IMG/VR virus record: IMGVR_UViG_3300033406_000366
Span: 1 to 35,792 of that record
Strand: one strand, 5' to 3'
DNA from: a virus
Taxonomy: Duplodnaviria > Caudoviricetes
Length of the DNA stretch: 35,792 nt
Shown: positions 17,229 to 24,991 of the stretch, piece by piece
Layout: every line of letters starts with the position of its first letter
Numbering within the stretch: the first letter of the stretch is position 1
The notes under the pieces: model-generated
What the model saw: only the letters and a program-made list of their open reading frames with translations
Database searches by the model: none
What the model was told of the DNA's origin: nothing
Position numbers and translations under genes: made by a program

Positions 17229-19322
17229 ATGGCGTTTAATAAGGCCGATTATCGCGACACGATCGAACGCCTGACGGCGACCTGGTCGGGCGCCTGGAAA
17301 GCCTGGGGCGATCGAGTGGCCAATGAGATCGAATTCCTGCTGGCTGCCGGCGAACCGGTCGAGGATGCCATTACTGCGGCCATGAATGGCGTACCGGACA
17401 ATATCGCTGCAGCTACCAGGGCGGCCGTCGTCAACGCTGCGGCCGCTGGCTTTGGGATCAAGCCGGCCGAGATCGGCGTCGAGCAAAAGGCGGCGATTGT
17501 CAACAAGCTAAACACGACGCCCTGGGCGCCGGATCGAATGATCCTGTCAGATCGCCTTCACCGGCTGCCGCCGATTATGAAGGACGTTATCAGTCACACG
17601 ATCACGCAGCAAATGAAGGCAGGAACGAACTGGATCGACCTATCGCGGCAGCTTTACGAAGGTTATGGCTACGGCAGCAAGATCCGCAAGGCAGACCTGC
17701 CGCCTTACCTGGACAAAATACAACAGGCCGCGCGGCACAACCTGACGCCGGAGGACTTCGCGGCCTTCCGCAAGGACCTGGCTGCAGCGCGCCGCATGGT
17801 TGACCGCCTAGGCGCAAACGACGCGCCGAATGTCGCCTTAAAGGCAGCCTATCAGAAATTGCTGAAAGCGGCTGAAACCGGCAGCGACAAGGCCCTGAAA
17901 ACAGCGATTGACGTCGCCGTCAACGAAAAGGCCCGCTATCACGCGGAACGGATCGCCAGGACCGAGATCGCCCGCGCCTGGGCCGACGGCTTTTTCACGC
18001 AGAACCAAAACGATCCGGACGTTATCGCCTACCGTTGGCGACTGTCCAGCCGGCACCTGACGCCGGATATATGCGACGTACACGCGAAAGCGGACCTGTT
18101 CGGCCTGGGGCCTGGAACGTACCCGAAAGACCGCGTCCCGCCGCAACCGTCGCACCCGCATTGCACCTGCCACTTTGAGCAGGTTTTTCAGGGCGAACTG
18201 GACGGCCTGACGCCGATCTACCGGCCGGACTTTTTGGAGGCGCGCGGGCGAATGTTTTTTCGATCGCTGGATCCGGACGTCGCCAGGAAGATCATCGGCG
18301 AGGACGGCATGAAGGCCGTTTCACTAGGTCAGGACTGGCGGCCACACCTGCCAGGCTGGCAAGGACACGAAAATCCGGCCGCGCGATTGAAACCGGCCGA
18401 CTTTGTCAAATCGACGCCGCCGGCCATTCCGACGCCGCCGCCGGCACCAAAACCGAAACCGGTACCACAACCGGCGCCGCAACCAAAACAAGCGCCGCAA
18501 CCGGTCAAAAATGATATACTGAAAGCAGAACCATATAAACCAGTAAACAACGTCAAAAAGGCGACGGAATGGGCGAAAAACAACCTGCCAATAGATTTTG
18601 TCGAATTCAAAGGATATGCGCCGGAATTGGCCGACAAGGCGAACGCTTTGTTCCAAAAGCTATATCAGCGTTATCCAGAAATGATTGGCCGGACGAAATT
18701 CCTGGGAACCGGCCAGGAACGAAACCGGCAATATCTGGACCGCGTCGTTCAGGAAAGCATTGACGCCTATATCGCGGCGCATACCGGCAAGCAATTACCT
18801 TTCACAATAGACCAATATCGCCAGGCGGCTAAAAAGCGACTGAAACCGAAAAACATACCGGCCAACGTATTCGCGCAAAGCAGCAACAAGTCCTGGAAAG
18901 CGCAGGAAGGGATCGCCTTTAATGAAAATTGGTCAAAAGACATAAGTAAACTAACGACGGCGACAGAACGCTGCGTGAATTCTGGCTTTCATCCGTTAGG
19001 AACAGACGATCCCGTCAGTATTGTTACGCACGAATTCGGCCATCAAATCGACAACTTGATTATCGAAAACAACCTTCGCAAAGAACTAGACAACCTATGG
19101 GATCAATGGTCAAAGGAAAACCTAAACCACCGGAAAAACGGTTATCACACCTTCCGGCAGGACACGTTGAGCGAATACGCCAGCAAAACATCGGCTGAAT
19201 TCATCGCGGAAGGTTTTGCCGAGTATATCCACAATCCGACACCGCGCCCATGGGCGCAGAAGATCGGTCAAGCGATCGAAAACGCCTTTGTTCAGATCCG
19301 AGCGAAAGGAGGGCAACCATGA
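17229..19322 (+). CDS. MuF/SPP1 gp7-like minor head protein with C-terminal zinc metallopeptidase extension
   Basis: AERIARTEIARA, YRWRLS..H...DICD and P.HPHCTC MuF motifs; Pro-rich linker; THEFGHQID...SEYA....EFIAEGFAEY. Confidence 0.85.
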   Translation: MAFNKADYRDTIERLTATWSGAWKAWGDRVANEIEFLLAAGEPVEDAITAAMNGVPDNIAAATRAAVVNAAAAGFGIKPAEIGVEQKAAIVNKLNTTPWAPDRMILSDRLHRLPPIMKDVISHTITQQMKAGTNWIDLSRQLYEGYGYGSKIRKADLPPYLDKIQQAARHNLTPEDFAAFRKDLAAARRMVDRLGANDAPNVALKAAYQKLLKAAETGSDKALKTAIDVAVNEKARYHAERIARTEIARAWADGFFTQNQNDPDVIAYRWRLSSRHLTPDICDVHAKADLFGLGPGTYPKDRVPPQPSHPHCTCHFEQVFQGELDGLTPIYRPDFLEARGRMFFRSLDPDVARKIIGEDGMKAVSLGQDWRPHLPGWQGHENPAARLKPADFVKSTPPAIPTPPPAPKPKPVPQPAPQPKQAPQPVKNDILKAEPYKPVNNVKKATEWAKNNLPIDFVEFKGYAPELADKANALFQKLYQRYPEMIGRTKFLGTGQERNRQYLDRVVQESIDAYIAAHTGKQLPFTIDQYRQAAKKRLKPKNIPANVFAQSSNKSWKAQEGIAFNENWSKDISKLTTATERCVNSGFHPLGTDDPVSIVTHEFGHQIDNLIIENNLRKELDNLWDQWSKENLNHRKNGYHTFRQDTLSEYASKTSAEFIAEGFAEYIHNPTPRPWAQKIGQAIENAFVQIRAKGGQP

Positions 19323-19510
19323 CAGGAACACGGCCGAAATTTTTAGACAGTCCTTTTTTTGTTGGCGATCCTGGCAACTGGCACTTGAAAGAAGGCGCGC
19401 CGCCTGACGTCGTCGCCGAATTTACCGAATTCATGGCCGAACAGCAAGACGCGCCGCAGACAGCAACGGTCGGCGACATTCTAGGCGACCTGGTAAAGCA
19501 AAATAAATAA
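19319..19510 (+). CDS. Small acidic protein, candidate immunity partner of the MuF extension
   Basis: 63 aa from ATG 19319, overlapping the muf stop (ATGA); GGAGG RBS. Confidence 0.6.
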   Translation: MTGTRPKFLDSPFFVGDPGNWHLKEGAPPDVVAEFTEFMAEQQDAPQTATVGDILGDLVKQNK

Positions 19511-19523
19511 ACAACCATTACAG

Positions 19524-19552
19524 AGGTCGACGGATCAATCCGGCGGCCTTTT
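19524..19552 (+). terminator. Possible terminator/attenuator hairpin
   Basis: AGGTCG-A-CGGAT-CA-ATCCG-G-CGGCCT followed by TTTG. Confidence 0.45.
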
Positions 19553-19569
19553 GTATTGCAGGAGGTATT

Positions 19570-19884
19570 ATGATCCCAAAAGTCAGGATCGACGCCGTGA
19601 CGTATGACGTCGAGATCAAAAAAGGGCCGATTATTGTTGATAGACACGACTGTAAGGGTATGATTGATTATAACGAAAACCGGATTGAATTACTGGACAC
19701 CGTTGGCGCCAGTCAGCAAAAAGTCACGTTGGCGCACGAAATCGTTCACGGCATTGTTTACGAACGCGGCCTAGTGAACATGATAAAGTCTGATGATTTT
19801 GAAACGCTTACGGACGAAATTGCAAAGGCGTTTATTAACCTGGTCCGTGACAATCCTGACCTTATCGAGTATATCAATAATTAA
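19570..19884 (+). CDS. Small HExxH (zincin-like) protein
   Basis: TLAHEIVHGI motif; AGGAGG RBS. Confidence 0.7.
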   Translation: MIPKVRIDAVTYDVEIKKGPIIVDRHDCKGMIDYNENRIELLDTVGASQQKVTLAHEIVHGIVYERGLVNMIKSDDFETLTDEIAKAFINLVRDNPDLIEYINN

Positions 19885-19941
19885 TTATTTGGGCCTGGCG
19901 CCCTGATAAATACGGCCCTGACGGCCACAAGGAGGCACTCA

Positions 19942-20595
19942 ATGTATAAACTTGAACAAATATTCGCGGCCCTGGCGACCGTGGAAAATGGTCCGCAAAT
20001 GATCGTCGACCTGCAAACCGAGTTTGGAAACATTCGCGGCGAGGCGGCTAATCATAGGACCAGCAAAAACAAGATTCTGCAATCGTTAGGCATCCAAGAG
20101 GGAGACGACGCCGAGGCGAAAGTTTCGGGCATCGTAAAAACCCTTGACGCGCTGAAAAACGCCGGCGATCCTTCTGGCCTGGGCCGACAGATCGCGGACC
20201 TTACGGCACAAGTCCAAGAGGTAACAGGGAAATTAACGGCCAGCGAACAAAAGGCAGCGGCCGAGCGCGACAAGCGGATCGGCGCGATCAAACATTCGAG
20301 CATTACGACGGCCCTGGCGGCCGGCAATGCGTTATCACCGGAAACCTTTGCAAAAGTAATCATGGATAATATTGTCGTAAAAGACGACGACAGTCTGGCC
20401 TATAAGGGCGCGGACAGTAAGGAAATCAGCGTCGAGGACGGCGTCAAATCCTGGCTAGAGGCGAACCCATGGGCCGTAAAAAATCAGCAGCAGGCCGGCG
20501 GAGGATCCGGCAGCGGCGGCGCCGGCGGCGGCGGGACAGACCTGTCGAAAATGTCAACCGCTGACTATGTCGCAACGCGCGAGGCTAAAAAATAA
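19942..20595 (+). CDS. Capsid scaffolding protein
   Basis: Coiled-coil protein with a Gly-rich C-terminal tail, immediately before the capsid gene. Confidence 0.75.
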   Translation: MYKLEQIFAALATVENGPQMIVDLQTEFGNIRGEAANHRTSKNKILQSLGIQEGDDAEAKVSGIVKTLDALKNAGDPSGLGRQIADLTAQVQEVTGKLTASEQKAAAERDKRIGAIKHSSITTALAAGNALSPETFAKVIMDNIVVKDDDSLAYKGADSKEISVEDGVKSWLEANPWAVKNQQQAGGGSGSGGAGGGGTDLSKMSTADYVATREAKK

Positions 20596-20610
20596 GGGGA
20601 GGTTTTATAA

Positions 20611-21717
20611 ATGGGAAATACATTGTTAACACCGTCCGTAATTGCGAACGAGGCAATCGTCGCATTACGGAAAAATTGCGTCATGGCGCAATTAGTCCAC
20701 CGTGATTATAGCGCGGAATTCATTGCCAAGGTCGGCGACACGATCACCGTCCGCAAGCCGGCGACCTTTGTCGCGAACGAATACGTTCAGGGCAGCGGGA
20801 TCACCGTCCAGGACGGTGTCGAGGGATCCGTCAGCGTGAAAATGGACAAACTTCTGGACGTTTCCTTTGCCGTGACCACGAAAGAAATGTCGCTGGATAT
20901 TAAAGACTTCGGGACGCAATTCCTGGATCCGGCCCTGGCAGCTTTCGCCGAGAAAATCGACGGCTATTTGACTGGCCTTTATGCCGACGTGCCTTTTTAC
21001 GCGGCAATCAGCGGGACGCCGGCGATCGGCGACTTTTCGGCCATGTTGAAAATCCTGAACGACAACAAGGCACCGTTCGCAAACCGGAATATTGTTTTCG
21101 GTACCGCAGCACACGCCGCCTTTGTCGTGATGGAACAATTCGCCAACGCTGACAAGGCCGGCAGCACCGAGGCATTGCGTAACGCCAACGCGGGCCGCAT
21201 CTTTGGACTGGACAGCTACGTCGACCAGTCGATCGCGACGCACGTCAACGGTACCCTGGGGACCGCCAAAGTAAAAACCGGCGTCGCCGCTGGCGCATCG
21301 TCCGGAACGCTTTACAATACGTCTTTGACTGGCACCTTGAAAGCAGGCGATCTGTTCAAAATCGCCGGCGACACGACGACCTACGTTATCACCAAAAACG
21401 CGACCGCAGCCGCCAACGAAATCGCGATCGAATTCTATCCGGCCGCTGCCGTTTCCTGGGCCAGTGACGCTGCCGTAACGATGGTAACGGCCGGCGAAGT
21501 TTCCCTGGCGTTCCACAAAAACGCGTTCGCCCTGGTTACGCGGCAGCTTGAATTGCCGCTAGGTACCGACAAGGCCGCGATCGTCAACTATGACGGGTTC
21601 GCGATCCGCGTCGTCGAGGCGTATGACATTACCAACAAAAAAGACGTTATCTCGTTGGATATGCTTTGCGGCGTCAAAACCCTTACGCCGGAATTGGCTT
21701 GCCGGTTAATTAAATAA
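20611..21717 (+). CDS. Major capsid protein (P22 coat-like)
   Basis: NTLLTPSVIANEA...RDYSAEF..KVGDTITVRKP, LAFHKNAFALVTRQL and DMLCGVKTLTPELACRL. Confidence 0.9.
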   Translation: MGNTLLTPSVIANEAIVALRKNCVMAQLVHRDYSAEFIAKVGDTITVRKPATFVANEYVQGSGITVQDGVEGSVSVKMDKLLDVSFAVTTKEMSLDIKDFGTQFLDPALAAFAEKIDGYLTGLYADVPFYAAISGTPAIGDFSAMLKILNDNKAPFANRNIVFGTAAHAAFVVMEQFANADKAGSTEALRNANAGRIFGLDSYVDQSIATHVNGTLGTAKVKTGVAAGASSGTLYNTSLTGTLKAGDLFKIAGDTTTYVITKNATAAANEIAIEFYPAAAVSWASDAAVTMVTAGEVSLAFHKNAFALVTRQLELPLGTDKAAIVNYDGFAIRVVEAYDITNKKDVISLDMLCGVKTLTPELACRLIK

Positions 21718-21732
21718 CAGGAGGCAGACTGA

Positions 21733-21972
21733 ATGGCGAAAATTGAAACGATCGCCCTGGTACAAGGCGACGAGCGCATCGTCGTCAACCTGGGCGATCA
21801 AGAAACCTGGCTGGCCGCTGGCTGGCTAAAAGAAGGCGACGAGGGCATCGTCGAAGGGGCAAAGGCCGTCGGTGGCGGATGGTATGAACTTCCGGACGGC
21901 ACCCGCGTCCAGGGAAAAGCGAAAGCCGTCGAGGCTTTGGCCAAACTACAAGCTGCCAATTCGCAGCAATAA
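21733..21972 (+). CDS. Small head-associated hypothetical protein
   Basis: Follows the capsid gene; GGGWYELPDG motif; AGGAGG RBS. Confidence 0.7.
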   Translation: MAKIETIALVQGDERIVVNLGDQETWLAAGWLKEGDEGIVEGAKAVGGGWYELPDGTRVQGKAKAVEALAKLQAANSQQ

Positions 21973-21982
21973 CCGAAAGTGA

Positions 21983-22019
21983 AGAAAGCGGCTGGCCGAA
22001 GGGCCGGCCCTTTCTCTTT
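21983..22019 (+). terminator. Intrinsic terminator after the capsid genes
   Basis: GGCTGGCC-GAAG-GGCCGGCC then CTTTCTCTTT. Confidence 0.7.
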
Positions 22020-22034
22020 ATTCGGAGGTAAAAA

Positions 22035-22526
22035 ATGAACATCAAGGTCGAAGTAAAGAACCTGGAAAAATTGACGGCCGCCTTTCAACGGGCGCCTGAC
22101 GCCGTCAAAAATCAAATGCGCCTGGCGCTGCGCGTTTCGCTGCGGAACATTCAGCGGCGGGCCAGATCCGAACATCGTTTCCGCACCAGGACCGGCAACC
22201 TGGAACGATCCATCGACACGCAGGTCCTTACTGACTGGCCGCCGTCCGGCCGCGTCTTAATTGATCCGGCCATCACCAAAACGGCAGACGGCCGATCTTA
22301 TGGCGTCATGCAGCACAACGGGACACCGGACCACCGCGTCAAGCCGAAACACAAGAAGGCGCTGCGCTGGCCGGTAAGCGGCGGCTTTGCGTTTAGTCGC
22401 GGGCATACGGTCCGAGGGATCAAGGCGGATCCGTTTTTATACAAAGCCGGCGAACACGAACGCGCCGAGATCAACAACATTTTCAGCCGCTACGCCGACG
22501 CGGCAATCAAGGGGGCGGGACTATGA
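22035..22526 (+). CDS. HK97 gp10-like neck/tail-completion protein
   Basis: RTGNLERSI, HNGT and GIKADPFL motifs. Confidence 0.75.
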   Translation: MNIKVEVKNLEKLTAAFQRAPDAVKNQMRLALRVSLRNIQRRARSEHRFRTRTGNLERSIDTQVLTDWPPSGRVLIDPAITKTADGRSYGVMQHNGTPDHRVKPKHKKALRWPVSGGFAFSRGHTVRGIKADPFLYKAGEHERAEINNIFSRYADAAIKGAGL

Positions 22527-22906
22527 CGACAAGACTGGCCAAGGCGGACATATTGGACGAACTGATCACGCCGCTTGTCACGGACGGCGACCTGGCCGAA
22601 ACCGATCTTTATTTGAACGACCTGGCGGCTGCGCTGGACGTCGACGTCGATCTGATCGCGTCGCCGTTGCCGTACAAAGTGAAAAAGCTGGCAATCGCCT
22701 ACACCTGCCAGGAAATCGCCAAGCGCAAGGCATCCGGATCGGCAGGATCGTCGTATAAATTCCAGGACAGCGTCGATAAATTCACGACCAAGCTGGCGAT
22801 CTTCCAGGCCGACGTGATCCGCCTGGAAGGGCAAATCACGGCCGACGTTCTGACTGGTACCACGACGCCGACGGCGATCGGAACGATCGAACTGGAAAGG
22901 GGTTAA
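22523..22906 (+). CDS. Putative head-tail adaptor
   Basis: Size, helical pattern (PLPYKVKKLAIAY) and position. Confidence 0.55.
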   Translation: MTTRLAKADILDELITPLVTDGDLAETDLYLNDLAAALDVDVDLIASPLPYKVKKLAIAYTCQEIAKRKASGSAGSSYKFQDSVDKFTTKLAIFQADVIRLEGQITADVLTGTTTPTAIGTIELERG

Positions 22907-22909
22907 ACA

Positions 22910-23350
22910 ATGGCGGCATGGTATACAATCATTAACGCGCTGCGGACGTACCTGCGCGCGCAGACGGCCTTCCAGACGGTAATCGTCGAGGCCGGCGCCA
23001 TGGATCCGGACGCCTACGATCTGGCCACAGCCTACGCAGGCGGCGCCGTTTTCCTGATCCGCGACCGCGAAGGGCAGGACAATCCGCTGGCGCTATCCGG
23101 CCCAAACGGGCAGATCGACTTTTTTGTCGAGTGCTGGATCCGCGACGACGGGACCGATCCGCTGGATGGGTATGGCGACCTGGCGACGTTAGAGGACAAT
23201 CTGACGGACGCCTTGACGGCGTTCGTTCGCGCTGGCGTCAGCGGCCTGACAATCACCGATATGCAGATCGACGAAACGATCGGCGACGCGGACGCGCGCC
23301 GGCCCATGGTCGGATCGCGCAAGACCATTTCGATTACCTGGGGACAATAA
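22910..23350 (+). CDS. Putative tail terminator
   Basis: Acidic 146-aa protein immediately before the tail tube gene. Confidence 0.55.
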   Translation: MAAWYTIINALRTYLRAQTAFQTVIVEAGAMDPDAYDLATAYAGGAVFLIRDREGQDNPLALSGPNGQIDFFVECWIRDDGTDPLDGYGDLATLEDNLTDALTAFVRAGVSGLTITDMQIDETIGDADARRPMVGSRKTISITWGQ

Positions 23351-23369
23351 CAACAAAGGAGGCTAAACA

Positions 23370-24326
23370 ATGACACAAGCAAGGGGCATGAATACCCATT
23401 TTTGCCTAGACTTCGAAGATACATTCGGCGCCGCGCCGGCCGTCAAGGCCGGTAAATTGCTGCCGTTTAACAGCCTGGAAATCGGCGGGACGCGCAACCT
23501 AATCACGCCGGCGACCATCACCGGCACCAGGAACCCCGTCGAGCCGGCCAGCGGGAACATCGACTGCAAAGGCAGCCTGGTCGGACCGCTGGACTATAAC
23601 GCGATCGGCTGGATCCTTACCTGGTTATTCGGCAATCCGACCACGACCGGAACGACAGACTACACCCATACCTGGAAGGTCGGATCGAGCGCGCCGTCGG
23701 CCCAAGTCGAGAAAGCAATTAAAGACCTGACGAATAAATTTTTCCTGTCGTCCGGCGTCAAAATATCGACGCTGAAAATCCCGTTCGGCGGCGACGGAGA
23801 GGCAACCTATCAGGCGGACCTGATCGGCGCTAACGAGGCCGAACCAGGCGCCACACAATACGACGCCGCAGCTACGGCCGTCACGTTGAACAGGGCCAGC
23901 AACTTCCATGCTGCCATCAAAGAGGGCGGCAGCGCGATCGCCTATATTAAGTCGGGCGACTTCACGATCGCGACGAACCTGGACGCGAACCAGTACACCG
24001 TCGGCGGCAATGGCGGACGCGGCGGCCTGCCCGAAGGGATCCTGGGCGTCAACGGGACCTTGAAAGCATTACTGCAGGATACGACATTGATCGAAAAAGG
24101 CGCCAACGAAACAATCAGCAGTCTGGAAGTTATCTGGACGAAAGCGGCGAATATTTCCCTGGGTTTTGAATTCCCAGAGATCCGCTATTCGCGCGTGTCG
24201 CCGAAAGTAACCGGACCGGCCGGTCTGGAAATCGACCTGGATTGGCAGGCGTTTTACAAGTCCGACGCTGACGCGTCGGCCGTAATCGTCACCTTAAAAA
24301 ATCAAACGGCGTCCTACGCCAGCTAA
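23370..24326 (+). CDS. Major tail (tube) protein
   Basis: 318 aa, beta-rich; FEDTFG and YTHTW motifs; precedes chaperone and tape measure; no sheath gene in the window. Confidence 0.8.
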   Translation: MTQARGMNTHFCLDFEDTFGAAPAVKAGKLLPFNSLEIGGTRNLITPATITGTRNPVEPASGNIDCKGSLVGPLDYNAIGWILTWLFGNPTTTGTTDYTHTWKVGSSAPSAQVEKAIKDLTNKFFLSSGVKISTLKIPFGGDGEATYQADLIGANEAEPGATQYDAAATAVTLNRASNFHAAIKEGGSAIAYIKSGDFTIATNLDANQYTVGGNGGRGGLPEGILGVNGTLKALLQDTTLIEKGANETISSLEVIWTKAANISLGFEFPEIRYSRVSPKVTGPAGLEIDLDWQAFYKSDADASAVIVTLKNQTASYAS

Positions 24327-24347
24327 TAATGAGGGGGAAATAAGACC

Positions 24348-24623
24348 ATGAAAAAAGACGTCAAAACAGCCGAAACCTTCGCCGTCCGATCGTTGACGCG
24401 GGGCGAAATCAAAAAACTACGCGCGGCGGGCCTGGATCTGTCGATCGCTGCATTTGATAGCAAACAGGAGGCGGCCGTAGCTACGGCCAAACTGATCGAC
24501 TTTGTGCTAGAAACCGTATACCCAGAAACCGACTTTGACGATATGCCTTACAATGAGGCCGTCGCCCTGGCAATGAAGATCTATAAAAAAACCTTCGGAT
24601 CGGAAGAAGAAGAAAAAAACTAA
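24348..24623 (+). CDS. Tail assembly chaperone (gpG-like)
   Basis: Ends EEEEKN* on the slippery heptamer A AAA AAC. Confidence 0.85.
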   Translation: MKKDVKTAETFAVRSLTRGEIKKLRAAGLDLSIAAFDSKQEAAVATAKLIDFVLETVYPETDFDDMPYNEAVALAMKIYKKTFGSEEEEKN

Positions 24624-24991
24624 TTGACGTCTGGACATGGTACCTTGAAGGGCGGGCCGAGTATTGCGAAATGTGTTTGACGGTACAGGCCGAAAACGCA
24701 AAGCGCGGGATCGGCCCGCTTATTTCATGCGACGGCTGCCAGTACGCGCGGCCGGAAATGGACCAGGCGAATAATGAAATCTGGCATATCTGGGGCCTGA
24801 TCCGGACGCAATTCCGGACGGGCGGCTTTGGTCCGACGGGCCTGGACTTTTCGGCGGCCAAGGAGATCCTTGACGTTCACGCGGTCGACGTCACGCCGGC
24901 CCTGTTCCGCAAGATCCGGCTGTTGGAGGACTTGACGATCGCGGCCAGCCGCAAGGCTGCCGAAACGAAAAACCCGAAAGGAGGGACCTAA
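24614..24991 (+). CDS. -1 frameshift extension of the tail chaperone (gpGT-like)
   Basis: The -1 frame is open from the slippery site (LIDVWTWYLEGRAEYCEMC...) to 24991; contains W..IRTQFR.GGFGPTGLDF. Confidence 0.85.
   Translation, partial: KKLIDVWTWYLEGRAEYCEMCLTVQAENAKRGIGPLISCDGCQYARPEMDQANNEIWHIWGLIRTQFRTGGFGPTGLDFSAAKEILDVHAVDVTPALFRKIRLLEDLTIAASRKAAETKNPKGGT

Noticed and set aside
20692-21516. 274-aa antisense ORF, and similar ones at 16791-17486, 25168-25872 and 25987-26643
   Set aside because: They shadow well-supported structural genes and show no recognisable motifs; such ORFs are expected from codon bias.
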